The position numbers and the translations under genes are program-made. From NCBI RefSeq assembly GCF_009914755.1, contig NC_060926.1: a DNA stretch of 64,000 bases. One strand, 5' to 3'. Source of the stretch: the human T2T-CHM13v2.0 reference genome, Homo sapiens. Shown one piece after another: positions 1 through 16,516 of this stretch (position 1 is the stretch's first letter; the number at the start of each line of letters is the position of its first letter). The notes under the pieces were generated by a model that saw nothing but the letters and a program-made list of their open reading frames with translations, was not told where the DNA came from and searched no databases.

Positions 1-24
1 AGCTTAATATAACTTAAATGAGTT

Positions 25-480
25 CAACTTTATTTAGAAACGTTTGTTGAGCAGCTGCATGACAGGGAATATTATTGTAAGAAGATTCAGAAAAATGTTA
101 ACATATGGAGTATTATAATTTGTGATATAACAATGATTAAAAACAACATATTATGAAAATATAAAGAAGTGAAAATTTTTTATTCAAAATTTTTGAGTAG
201 AGGTAGATCTTTATGCTTTCAAAGTGGGTAGAAGGGCATTCCAAGTGAGAAAAGAATTGGAGCAAGAATGCAAAGACAAATGCGTATACAGAGTAGTGAA
301 GAAACAACAGAGAGACAAAATTACTGCTACTTAGAATATGTAACTGACATATTAAGAGAAGGTGCCCCAGAAAATGATAGAAAAATGGGAAAGGACAATT
401 GTAGAGAGCACTGATTAAATTTTTTCTGTTATTTATATTCCGAGGAAGGCCAAAGCTTTTGAGGAGAATGCTCCCATATT
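25..480 (-). mobile_element. Degenerate L2 LINE fragment
   Basis: 'ttatttagaaacgtttgttgagcagctgc' resembles the reverse complement of an L2 3' end, followed by purine-rich L2-like sequence. Boundaries approximate. Confidence 0.4.
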
Positions 481-3400
481 TCAGCAAGGTAACACATCTG
501 TATCTAGAAATCTATTAGAATTTATAGGGACTGGATGCATTTTTTAAACACATCAACTACCAGTACCCTATTCTCTTACTTGCAGTCCTTGGGAAGAATT
601 CTCAGTCATCTTCCTAATACTCAGGATGTATATGCTTACAGTAAATGCAATGTAGATGACTTTTTCTTTGAGGCATGCTTCTCATCCACTCATGTACCCC
701 AAGGCAGCTAATATCAGAATCATTGATTGTCCCCTTTCCCTAAATTTCTACTTGCAAAAGTTGGTTATTTGCTTTATACAATTCTGGAAGACAAAGTTCA
801 ACAAATCATTTAGCTAGGTCTTATTAATCAATTAACTCTAATTCATGCGTTAAAAAAATAACAACGTATTATAAATCAAATCCTTCAGAGTTCACCTCTT
901 TATCTCCTGGAAAAAAGAAATAATCAATATTATTTGTAAAGACTTTTCATTCAGAGTTTGCTACCTGCCCTCTTTTCCTTATCTCCAAGACAGATGGCCA
1001 TAGAGAGAATAAGAATGCTTTATGTGTGGATCAGTCTAAGACTCCTAGTCAAAAATTAATAAGGTCTGGGACAAGTCACTAGGAAAGAAAAGAAAAAAAA
1101 TAGAGATCCTCTAGAGGTACAGATTTAGAGCTAGCAAGATTGGTCAAGATTCATATTAATTATGAAAATAATTTGAATCTGAAATGTCTCAGGGAGACTG
1201 CCAAAATCAGAGTGAGGTAAGTGCCTGAATGAGGCACGTATACCAGAGGCTACAGCAGAGAAGGAAGAACAGCTGAATAATGAAAAGGAGCCATAACATA
1301 GAAGAGACAAACCAAAAGAGTGTCATGAATTTTATAAAGAAGGTCATCAACATCACCATATGTTAGGGAAGGAGATCTTCCAATGTGAGCATGAAGAAGA
1401 GAAGCATGTGCTTTAACCAGAACTGGTATATTGTGTGACTCATGGTCAGCTCATGGTCATGCCACAACAGCCATAATCACTGCTTGCGGTCAACCACTGC
1501 TAGTCTGTTTTCTAACCTCATCTGTAATTGTCAAGTCTAAAACCAATCTGCCATGTTCTTATTAGGAAATCTCTAGCATCAGAATTATCATGCTGACTGT
1601 CCCAATGAAATTAAGTACTAAGTATATATTATGCTATTTTCTCTCTTAATGACTTCCCTGAATAATGAAACAAGGAGAGAAGAATGGCATTCTTTTTAAA
1701 TAATCTATCTCAAATATGCAGGCATTCAAATAGCTTTTGGTGGGAAGAGGGAAGATGCAAAAAAATTAAAAATCCCTAGCTGAGCACTGAATTTTTTTTA
1801 TCAGTGTTTATGCTACTCGCAAATCACTTGTCTTCTCCACCCTCTATCAAATCTCTTGCTTCTCAAGTTTTTCCAAGTGTCATTAGATATCTCAAGAAAA
1901 GTGAAAAGATAAATAACTGTTATATTAGTGGACATTTAGAGCAAACTTATCTGCCTGGTGTGATTGTTCAGTTTGGCTACCAAGGTCACTGAGAAACACT
2001 AGGTCTTGCTTGGGTTGGCACCAGCTGAACAGGCAAGCAACATAAACTATGGGTGAGAATAGACCAGCGTTGTGCTCAGTCCCAGAGGACAGGCAACCGG
2101 ATGGTTCTGCCTCGCCAGATGACCAGCCATGGACATAACTCTAAATAGGAAAGTGTGTTTCTCAGCCTTCCCCAGAGATACTGAGATCAATGTTCCATGG
2201 ACAAGCCCACTGAACTGTCATTAGAGCAGATGGAAGCCAGAGTTCCCATCCTCCACAGGCTTCAGAGTTATTAAAGTCGTTCTTTGGGTTAGTAAGACTT
2301 GAAACTCTCAGTCGTCTCTATATCCTGCTCAAGCCCTATCTGGTTGGCGGGGGGCGGGGGGGTGGGGTGAATCACAAAAGTAAATTAAAATGGAAACATT
2401 TCATTAATTTAAATAGAAAATCTGTGGTGTTCCTGCTCTATACATATAGACACCCCTCAAAATCCCCATCTCTTTCAATGCTCCCAATGTCTGTTCATTC
2501 TTTTTTCTGGATGCCATTAGTTGGTTTTATCTTAATATTTCCTTTATTCTAGGATGCAGCCAAGTTAGAATATCCTTTTCCAATTTTAAATTCTAAAGAA
2601 CGAACATCTCTACTTGCACTGGGGGGAGCTGTGCCTATGTCCCATGTAATGAAACCCTGATGAGAATCTGATATTCTGAAATATAGACTCTTCTTCCTGT
2701 AACCAGATGTGACCTTTGAGGATTTAACTGTTAAAGGAGCTAGAAATCACAGGAGACCAAGTAAGGCTGCTAATTGCACTGTTGTGTTGAATATTTTAGA
2801 TTCTTTGTGTTTTCTAAGATATTGCAAAGAAACTATTTTTCTCTGCCTATAGTAATCAATACTAATAAACTACTCTCTAATGTGTTTGTCAAAATTTTTA
2901 GTTTCGTGAATATACTCTGTAGACCTTAGGAAAGAAAAAGAAAGAGTGAGTAAATATTCTTTTAGGGAACTTTCACAGATAAGTAGCTTCTGATTGAGGA
3001 ATAACACGAAATTTCAAAAATAGAGACTCACTTAAGAATGCCTCCTTTAAAAAAATACCTGGAATTTCACACACACTGATGATCAGATAAAAGTTCTGCC
3101 CGATTTTATATTTATTGTCAGACCTCTTGAATCGTTCACTCTTTTGGGCTTTTATCAAATCATTCCCAACACTTCCTTTAATTTTTACTTATACTTCCAA
3201 CCCTTTCCCAGTTTTCTAAATGGTTCAAACACTTAGCATGCTAATATGATTTAAATATACTTTGATATAGATAAGAGATGATATGTTTACTCAGAAGAAA
3301 TTGCCAAATCAAATTATGATTTTAAAACTCTTATAACTTAAAATAAGACAGATCTTCATTTTCAGCCACCAGAACTTCCAATTATATTCCTGCCCTTCTT

Positions 3401-4733
3401 AGTAGGTATTATCAATGGTTTACTTGTGTAGTATAGTAGTTATTTGAATGTATGAGGAGTGTAATTAAAAATGTTGAATATTTCTAGTTTTTATTGTCAT
3501 GTTTCTGATTACTCATGGAAGTTAAGGCCTGCTAAAGTAGAAAAGTCATTTGTGTTTATTGTATGGCAGTAAATAAGCAGTAAAATTTACCATCATATAA
3601 TAGTTTATTCAAAGATCACATTGAAAATTTAGGGGTAGACTGCTATCATCTACTTGGCACAAATGCTTTGGCAAATTGGAATAAAATCTGCTTATACTGT
3701 TTTAATCTTGTACATCAACCTTTACTTATAGGTCATTGGAAGCTCCAAATGGGGAAGAGGAAAGGAAAAGTCTCAGAATAGAGTCTTCTAAGACTCTATA
3801 CATTACTGTCTTTCACTTTAAACTCTCAGTCTGATTACAATTCTAGTAGAAAAGGTTCCACTGGAAACATCTGTAGATTCAAACTTCTAATAACTTTAAT
3901 GATGGCTAGTAGCATATGAAGTCATGGAAATTTCAACTATTATGATGCATCCCTCAAAAAGTATTAAAATAAAATGTTAGCCAAATACCCAAATGAAATT
4001 TGGTGTTTCTTTTTTTCTGGCAAGACTTTCTCTAAGAATTTTCTTTGCCAACAAATTATAAAATGAATTTTGAACATGGAGATATTTGCATTTTATTCTT
4101 TAGTTGGTGATTAATTTGGCTTACTTTTTTTGAAATTCACTAAATAAAGGGAATTTGCTAAAAATAAAAGCAAATATCTAAAAACAATAAGTTTTTACAG
4201 CAGAGGGGTTATATATTTTCCCCTACTCTGAGAAAAAAAATGAGTCCTAGAGACATTAAATCAATAATCTCAGGTTAAACATAACAATAAAAAAGTAAGA
4301 ATCTTCTAAATCCTTGTCAAATACTCTTTCAAATACATCATAAATATCAGCTTGCTAAAAGTTTGCCCAAGGAATATCTATACAACAAGGTATCCAATTT
4401 TTAAGTCAAATCCAAGTAATTATATATATTTGAAATTTGTAATAAGGAATTAAAATATATAATTCAGATGTTTCGTGTTAAAAAACTACACACTACTTGT
4501 TTCATAAATATTAAACAGCAACAAAATAAAATTAGAAAAGGTATAATCATGAAAAATATTAGTAGAAAACTAGAAAAAATAATAGTATGAAATTCAACCA
4601 TGGATGTCTCATATTTATGAAACAATGAGAGGTAAAACTAAAGAAACAAATAAAAACACAACTGCAAAAGTTGAAATTAAAATTTGTCTCAGAGCTTACT
4701 GGAATTCAAGGTTAAAAGAGAAATATTATTGGC

Positions 4734-7033
<2,300 letters not shown>

Positions 7034-7198
7034 TTAGAATAGAATGTTCCCAATACAAAGAAATGATAAATGTTTGAGATGATGAATATGCTAATTACCC
7101 CAATTGGATCACTATATATGAATCAAAATATCACTACATACCCCAAAAATATGTACAATTATTTTATATCAAATAGAACATTTAAAGAAGAAATAAAA
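7034..7198 (+). mobile_element. L1MA-type 3' terminal fragment with decayed A tail
   Basis: 'aatgttcccaatacaaagaaatgataaatgtttgagatgatgaatatgctaattacccc...aatatgtacaattatt' matches the L1MA 3' end. Confidence 0.85.
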
Positions 7199-9937
7199 CA
7201 CTTCTGGAAGGAATTGAGAAAAATTGGTATTATTTCTTCCTTAAATATGTGATGGAATTTAACTATGAAACTGTCAAGACCTAAAGTTTTTCTTGTAAGA
7301 AAATTTTTTACTACAAATTTACTTCCCTTAATAGATTAAAAAAACTATTCAGATAGTCTGTTTCCTCTTGAATAAATGTTGGTAGGTTGTATCCTTCAAG
7401 AAACTAATTTGTTTCACTTAATTATATCAATTTATGGGTACATATTTTTGTCACAGAATCCTTGGGGTGTCGCTTTGCCAGCAGGAAAACTCTGTGGTCA
7501 GTGGTGCCTTTGCCCACGTTTTGCTCTGGCCTGCTGGGCTTATTCCACTGACTCAGCCTGGCAGGCTGCACTTGGTTCATGCTACTGGCCTGGATCCCAC
7601 ACCTGCAAAGGACGAGCCAGGTGGTATGTGAGTGAGCATGGGGTCTGGCTACTGCGCACAGCCAGGCATGCCAGCTGCAGTGGGGTGGGCAGCTCCAGGC
7701 ACTGGAATAGGTTTTGGCTCCCTGCAAGACTGCAGCTGGACCAGGTATACCATAACCAGCTTCTGTGTCTGACACTGGGGAATGCAGAGGTGCCCAGAAG
7801 CTTGGAGATGCGAGGAACCACAGAGCACTAAAAAGAGTGTCACACTCCTGGCTAGGGGAGCTCCTAGGTCTGGGCTCCCAAAAGGGCAGCAGCTCTTCTC
7901 TCCATCTCTCTCCTCTCCTTCTTGTCACCCTCAATGTGGCAAGCAAGGGGCATATTTCAGCTGTTTGGTTTACAGCTTTTTTAGCCCCACCATTCCCAAG
8001 TCCCTGTCCTGCATCCAAGAAGAATCAGGTGTGCAGACAAGTAGAGGGTGAGCAAGACAAAGGGGAAATTTATTGAGCAATGGAACAGCTCAAGAGGAAA
8101 CTGACAGGGGCAGCTCCTCTCTGTACCCAGGGTGACCTGACAAGTGTTCAGCTCTCAGCAGAGAGGAGACCCTGGGGTGGTAGCTCGTCTCTGAGGCTGG
8201 TTGTCCCATTGTCTCCTTAAGTCTAGCTGAGTCCAGGGCTTTAGTGGGCCTCAGAGGAGAGGAAATGCGTGCTGATTGGTCTATGGGTGGCCACAGGTGG
8301 GCCCGAAAAAAGCACCACAGGCTCCCATTCTGGTCCATGGGACTGGCAGCCTGGTCCCTGGGCTTCAGGCCTTCCCATGCTTTAGGGTGGGGCTTCACTG
8401 GGGACCCACCTCTTTCCATCCAGGAGCTTGTCTGCCTATTACTGCTGTTTATGGTACCCAGGCTATTCATGCAAAGGGGTACCTACAGGCCAGCTGCCAA
8501 GTTGCTCTCAGCCTCCTCCCAGTGCTTGTCGGCGCTCAAAATCTGGAGGGGGCTGAGGTTGCAGGGGGCTGGCATGTCAGTGCTGCCCAGAGCATGTGCA
8601 CACCTGCCAGGTTGCAACAGCACCCAGGCTTGGCCTCAACTTTGCTCCAGACTTGGAGCAGGTGCCAGGAATGGGGAGAGGCCAGACAGCCAGAGGAGGC
8701 ACTTTCAGGCCTGCAGGGATGGAGGGGGTTCCCACATCCCCAAAAGTGCAGAGGTGCCCAGGTCCACAGCCATGGCTTCAGCGGTTGCAGCTGCACCCGG
8801 GAGGGCAGAGCTACTGTCTGCCATGCTTGGTGGCTGCGTGCAGGTGGGTGCAACCATGATGAAGCCCTGCTTGACTAGGCTGCCCCATTGGCCATCAGAG
8901 GCTAAGGACATCAAAGCTTACTCCAGAGGGTCCAGTGTCACCAAGCCCCACTGCTGCTCTCCTGCTCCGTGGATGATGAAGCCACTGATGTGCTGTCCAA
9001 GTCACGTCTGCACCTGCTGTATCCTCCCTGGAGGAGCTCCCTGGGCTGCTGTCCCCAAGACCCATGGTCCTGCATGGAGATGCCCTTCCCCAGGTTGTGG
9101 AAACTCTGGGGGTCTTCGTCATGGTGGTCCTGGAGAGCTTCCCTGTTCATCTATTCGCAGCCTGGGGCAGGGGCTCCAGGTCTTTGGCTGGGCCCAGGCT
9201 GGCGTCTAGGGCAGGGGTGACATCACCATGAGTTCTTCCTGTGGCCCCAGTGGTCCGGGGAGGCCCAGGGCTCCCTGTCACCCACATATGGCCCTGCCCA
9301 GGGGTGGGTGCCTCTGGGAGTGGATCATGGGCCCTGGGCCCAGCCGTCAGGAGTGTCAGGCTCGACGATCACCTCAATGCAGGGCAGATCCTGGGGATGC
9401 ACTCTCCGGCGACACCGCACAGAGCTTCTTCCCGAGGTACAGGAACTTGGTGCCTTCGGGCAGGTGCTTGTGGGCTCCTGGGACGTGGTAGGGAGTGAGA
9501 TGGAGGCTGCAGCAGAGGCTCCAGGCCTGGGACTGGGTCCTGCCCAGCCATGGGAGGGTGGGGGTAGTGCAGTCAGGTGCCTCAGAGATGAAGGGGCTCA
9601 GGGGACTCGTCTCTGCTGCTGCTGCTCGCACAGCTGTTCCTGCCACCTGCACCCCACTCCTCCCCATTGCAGCTGGCGTGCTGGCAGCGGCCACTTCAGA
9701 AGGCCTGCCACTGCCATCATTTTTACTTTCAGTATTCTCTTAGCATCATTTTAATATTTATGATGACTGTAGGGATGTTCTTTCTTTCCTTACTTATATT
9801 AAATTTAGTTCCTTCTCTTTGTTTCTTGGTTAGTCTGCATAGAATTTAGATGATATTATTGACCTTTTTAAAGAACACATTTTGCTTTCATTGATTTTCA
9901 TTTTTTTATTCTTAATTAAATTGGTTTATTATCATTA
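7199..9937 (-). mobile_element. Highly diverged antisense L1 ORF2 fragment split by the MER52 LTR (7199-7448 and 9720-9937)
   Basis: 'ttggtattatttcttccttaaatatgtgatggaatt', 'ctattcagatagtctgtttcctcttg' and 'tttcttggttagtctg...ttgctttcattgattttc' are reverse-complement L1 ORF2 motifs, colinear across the LTR. Confidence 0.75.
7449..9719 (-). mobile_element. MER52-family ERV1 solo LTR (MER52D-like by length, 2271 bp)
   Basis: TG...CA termini ('tgtcacagaatccttggggtgtcgc' and 'ggcctgccactgccatca'); 4-bp TSD tttt at 7445-7448 and 9720-9723; sharply bounded GC-rich block. Confidence 0.9.
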
Positions 9938-9947
9938 TTAAATATAC

Positions 9948-10872
9948 ATGTAATTAGATTAATTTTTCAATTAAAAGATAGAGTGGCTAAATGAATGAGT
10001 GAATAAGAAGACATTACAACTGATACCACAGAAATACAAATGATCATAAAAGACTACTCTCAACAATTATATGTCAACAAACTGAATAACCTAAAAAAAA
10101 TAAATTCCTATAAATACACTGCCTAGACAGAATCATTAAAGAATAGAAAATCTGAACAAACCAATAATGAGTGAGGTGACTGAATCATTAATCAAAAACT
10201 TTCTCCTTCCTCAAAAAAAGCCCAGGACCTGATAGCTTTACCGATCAATTTTAACTAACATTTAAAGAACAACAAATACTCATCTTTCTCAAACTCTCCC
10301 AAACAACTGAAGAAGAAGGAACACTTCCAAACTCATTTTGTGAGGCCATCATTACCCTGATAGCAAAATTAGACAAGGACACTATAGTAGCAAGTAAACA
10401 AATAACCCAATTACAAAGTGGGCAAAAGACCTAAATAAGACATGTCTCAAAAGACATACAAATGGTCAAAAGATATATGCAAATCTCCTCAACATCACTG
10501 ATCATCAGGGAAATGCAAATCAAAATCACAATGAGATATCACTTCACATCTCTTAGGACAGCTATTATCAAAAAGCAGAAAGATAACAAGCTTTGGTAAG
10601 AATGTGGAGAAAAGGGAACTCTTGTACACTGTTGGTGAGAATGTAAATTGATACAGCCATTATGGAAAACAATATGAAGGTTCCTCAAAACATTAAAAAT
10701 AGAACTACCACACGATTCATCAATCCCATGTCTGGGTATATATCCCAATGAAATAAAGTCAGTATGCCAAAGATATATCTGCACTCCCATGTTTATTGCT
10801 GCATTATACACCATAGCCAAGCTATGGAATCAACCTGTGTCCATAAATTTTAAAAAATAAAGAAAATGTGGG
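9948..10872 (+). mobile_element. Continuation of the host L1M: ORF2 remnants with large internal deletions
   Basis: ORF2 start 'aaaagatagagtggctaaatgaat' jumps to 'gacattacaactgataccacagaaatacaa' at ~10010, then to the ORF2 C-terminal region 'aataacccaattacaaagtgggcaaaagac' at ~10400. Confidence 0.9.
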
Positions 10873-10907
10873 GTATGTATTTGTGTGTGTGTGTATACAT
10901 ATGTATA

Positions 10908-11060
10908 CAAGAGTACTTCAAAAAGTTTATGGTAAATACATATTATGAAAAAACTATGTATGGATTTCAATTTTTTTTGCACTAAAATAAACATACGAAC
11001 TTGTTATAACATGCCTGATCAGGATCTAGTTTGAGGCACTAAAAAGGATATCAGTTTGGA
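10908..11060 (+). mobile_element. HSMAR2 mariner 5' end fragment
   Basis: After TA at 10906-10907: 'caagagtacttcaaaaagtttatggtaaatacatattatgaaaaaactatgtatggatttc...caggatctagtttgaggcactaa' matches the recalled HSMAR2 left TIR and 5'UTR. Confidence 0.85.
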
Positions 11061-11649
11061 TAAGTATTAATATAAGACAGCTTTCTGATGGTGTAGCTTG
11101 ACTCAAGAAAATAACTCAGTTGCTAGAAAAGGAATGGTAATGAGGTTTCATCTCCAGGGCCAACTCTGACCACTTTCTTAGCCTAGAAAAAGAGCTGTAC
11201 TCAATTATTCATGTCTGCCACAATCACAGGACAGGACAGGGAAAATAGTAGCACAAGTGTCATATACTTGTCCATGACTAACTAGAGCATGGGATGATCT
11301 ACATATTCCTCATATAGTCTTCTGTAAATATAATTTATCTCATGTAGACTCATGATCAGGATTGGAGTACCCATAATGCCATATTTAATTCTCCAGTGAA
11401 AACATACAATGTTGTGATTCTCAATGCTGTGGCTCTCAATGGCTTGTTGAAGGTCGATCCAAAAGTTCCAGAGACCTACACAAGGAAGTGGTAAGTTTGA
11501 AATCTAAAAGTGAAACCTAAGCATCTAACTTGAAATTGCTTTTATTGTAACTTTGTTCTTTTCTCATTATATAACAAATATTTTCTGTGTTTAAACATTT
11601 AAAAAACAATGCAGGGAAGGATGGGAAAGGAAGAGAAAGGAAGGCAAAA

Positions 11650-13060
<1,411 letters not shown>

Positions 13061-13699
13061 TGATAAAGATATAAAAATAAATTCCATTATTTAAAAAACT
13101 TTTATTTAAAAAATAAACATGCTGGACCTGGTAAAAAGTGTTTGGCTTTTTAAGCTCAAGGTTTAAAATAATTTAAATGCTACATGTTTTAATAATTCTA
13201 AGAATTATTTGAAGTTTCTATATATTATAAATCAAAATGCCTATAAAACTAACTGAAATGTTATTATAAATATGATTGTATTTTAAGTTACTAAAGTTCA
13301 GGTATGGTTTATTTCAGAAAATATGTCTTTACTGATCCAGAGATAACTGATATGCTCAAATGAGATGGACAGAACAAAGACCTTTAAATATTAAAGGTGT
13401 TGAAAAATATTTTTCCTTTTATGTGATACTTTAGTCTCTTGGTTTGAGGCTATGATCCTGGTGTGTTTGAACAAAGAAATAGAGAACTGGACCCACCTTA
13501 ATTTAATAAAGGGTGGTTTTTATATATTTACAAATATAAAAAAAGAGGCATCAAAGAGGGACAAGACAACCCAATGGCAGTCAATATCCGCCTAAGAAGG
13601 ATGTCTAAATGCGATGGAAAGAAATTCCAGTGGCCATCCAACCCCTTAGGGTCCTGGTTGGATTAGGAGATGGACCACATTCACATAGATTTAGCAAAA

Positions 13700-15830
13700 G
13701 AAAATATTTTGAGCATAATGAGAGCAAGCTTTCCATATTTCAAAGAAACTGTTTTCTGTTATAATTATTTTGTGAATAGGTACTTTGAGACTATGTAAAA
13801 TTCCATTCCTCATTCTACTTGCTCCCATTGGTTTTAGCCTCTCTTTATGTTTCTTGCCTAAACTACTTATTATAATGATGGCTGCCAAATGGTGACTTTC
13901 TAATCCTACAACACCTTCCACATCTATTAGTTGACAGAGTCTACTGTAAGAATTTTTTTCCCTTTCTTGATTTGTTTATTAAATTTTATGAGCAGTGCAT
14001 TAGTTTGTTCTCATGCTGCTATAAAGAAATACCTGAGGCTAGTTAATTTATAAAGGAAAGAGCTTTAATTGACTCACAGTTCAGCATGGCTGAGACTAGG
14101 TAATTTATAAAGGAAGGAGGTTTAATTGACTCACAGTTCCACATGGCTCTGAGGAGGCTTCAGGAAGCTCACAATCTTGGCAGAAGGAAAAGGGGAAGTA
14201 AGGCACTTTTTTCACAAGGCAGCAGGAAGAAGTTCCTAGCAAAGGGGGAAGAACCCCTTATAAAACCATTGGATCTCATGAGAATTCACTCATTATCCCA
14301 AGAAAAGCATGGGGGAAAGTGCCTCCATGATTCAATTAACTCCACCTGGTCTCTCCCTTGAAACATGGGGATTATGGGGATTACAATTCAAGATGATGTT
14401 TGGGTGGAGACACAAAGCCTAACAATATTATTCCTCCCCTGGCTGCTCCCAAATCTCATGTCCCTTTCACATGTCAAAACCAATCATGCCTTCTCAACAG
14501 TCCCCCAAAGTCTTAATTTATTCCAGCATTAACCTAAAAGTCTAAGTGCAAAGTCGCATCTGAGGCAAGGCAAGTCCCTCTGCCTATCAGCCTGTAAAAT
14601 CAAAAGCAAGTTAGTTACTTCCTAGATACAATGCGGTTACAGGCATTGGGTAAATACACCCATTCCAAATGGGAGAAATTGGCCAAAATGAAGGGGCTGC
14701 ACACCCCATGCAAGTCTGAAATCCAATGGGGCAGTCAAATCTTAATACTCCGAAATAATCTCCTTTGACCCCATGTCTCACATCCAGGTCATGCTGATGC
14801 AAGACGTGGGCTTCCATGGCCTTTGGCAGCTCTGCCCCTGTGGCTTTGCAGGGTACAGTCCCACTCCCGGTACCAATTTACTGTATTACTCTGTTCTCAT
14901 GCTGCTATAAAGAAATATATGAGACTGGGTAACTTAAAATGAAAGAGGTTTAATTAACTCACAGTTCAGCATGGCTTGGGAGGCCTCAGGAGACTTAGAT
15001 TTATGGCAGAAAGTGAAGGGGAAGCAGGCACGTTCTTCACAAGGTGGCAGGAAGGGGCAGTGCCAAGCGAAGGGGTAAGAGCCTTATAAAACCATCAGAT
15101 CTCGTGAGAACTAACTCACTATAATGAGAACAGCATGGGGGAAACCACCCTCATGATTCAATTACCTCCACCTGATCTCTCCCTTGACAAGTAGGGATTA
15201 TGGGGATTACAATTCAAGATGAGATTTGGGTGGGGACACAAAGCCTAACCGTATCACACAGTAACTCAAAGATTTCTATTTTATCCAAGAAGTTATATTC
15301 TTTCTATAATTGTTTATTTTCATGCTCAAAATATTGAAGATTTGGCATGCAGGAGTTTTTTAAGGCTTCCTCCTGTGTCCTTTTTAAAAATCCTCATGTT
15401 TTCAGAATCTCCACTCTTTCTGGTTGATCAAGATATTTCAAACTCATCTTACTCTTTTCTGCCCTAGCTTTAAAATTAGCTATTTTCCCAAGAAACCTTG
15501 ATTCCTTTTAGTGGCCAGTGGCATTTCAAAATCAAGTTTCTTCACTGCTTAAGGTGTTAGTGCTCCCAGGGCCTCTCAGTGGACAGAGTTAAAATATATT
15601 TGTGGGTATATTTAAATATATTCACATATACATATGTATACACATATGGGCATCTTAATATTTGCAGTTAACTAACTGAAAACTAAGAGTTCACAGAAAT
15701 GACTCTAGATCCAATTTAACACCTAAGAGTTTTTTCTAACTTTCTTCCATATTTTTACTTTGTTTATCCAACTATAAGAAAACTGGCTCCCATTATCCTC
15801 AGAATATTTTCTTATTTTTTTCAGTATATG
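13700..15830 (-). mobile_element. L1MC-type 3' region, host of the THE1D insertion
   Basis: 'tactttgagactatgtaaaattcc', 'tgccaaatggtgactttctaat'; resumes after 15257 with 'ttgtttattttcatgctcaaaat'. Confidence 0.65.
13996..15256 (-). mobile_element. THE1D MaLR: LTR 13996-14430, shortened internal region 14431-14881, LTR 14882-15256
   Basis: Two homologous LTRs sharing 'ctccacctg.tctctcccttga...gggattatggggattacaattcaagatga'; THE1-int motifs 'cccaaatctcatgtcc' and 'ggtaccaatttac'; degenerate 5-bp flanks agcag/cacag. Confidence 0.92.
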
Positions 15831-15864
15831 TTAACGTACTCAATCTCCTGACTCCACTTTAACT

Positions 15865-16320
15865 AAATGATCAACATAAAACCTCACAGTAATGGGGCAA
15901 ACTGACATGTGCCACCAGATACCATACAATGAGAAAACCAAAGCATCACTTCTGTGATATTCAGGCTCAAAATATATAGCCTGGGTTTAATCAGTTTGAA
16001 CCTATCCAAATTGAGGAGCAGTTAAAATACCTGACCTTTAATCTTGAAAAATGTCAAAGACATAGTGGTCAAAAAAGACTAAAGAACTGTTCCAAGTTGA
16101 CAAAGACTAGAATAAAAAAAGCCATGAAAAAAAAACTAGATAAAAGTAAGACAACTAGATGTAACTCATGATCCTACAGTGGATCCTTCTGCTATATAGC
16201 CAATTATTGAGACAATGGGCAAACTTAAGGTGTCTGGATGAAATCTAATATCAGAACTCTTTGTCTTATTCTTACAACTTTTCTGTAAGTCTTTAGTTGC
16301 ATTTTTAAAAACTTTTGATT
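15865..16320 (+). mobile_element. L1MC/L1ME 3' fragment
   Basis: 'agcatcacttctgtgatattc', 'aaaagactaaagaactgttcca', 'ttcttacaacttttctgtaagt'. Confidence 0.6.
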
Positions 16321-16516
16321 GTATTTTAACTTAAACATATGATTTGGTAGGTAATATATAGCATTCTATGATAATGATAAAGCTAATAAAAATGTTATGC
16401 ATGATATAAAGGCAAAGGTAGTCTCTCAAACAGGAAAAAAATGGTTTTATAACACTAATGTTAGAACAAGGAAAACATAAAAGTAAAGTTAGAACTAAAG
16501 AAAAACACTGCATTTA

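Noticed and set aside
7376-9849. Cluster of long overlapping ORFs up to 321 aa
   Set aside because: They lie in or overlap the GC-rich MER52 LTR, occur on both strands, and show no recognisable domain.
10539-10820. 93-aa minus-strand ORF
   Set aside because: Antisense reading of the L1 ORF2 3' region.
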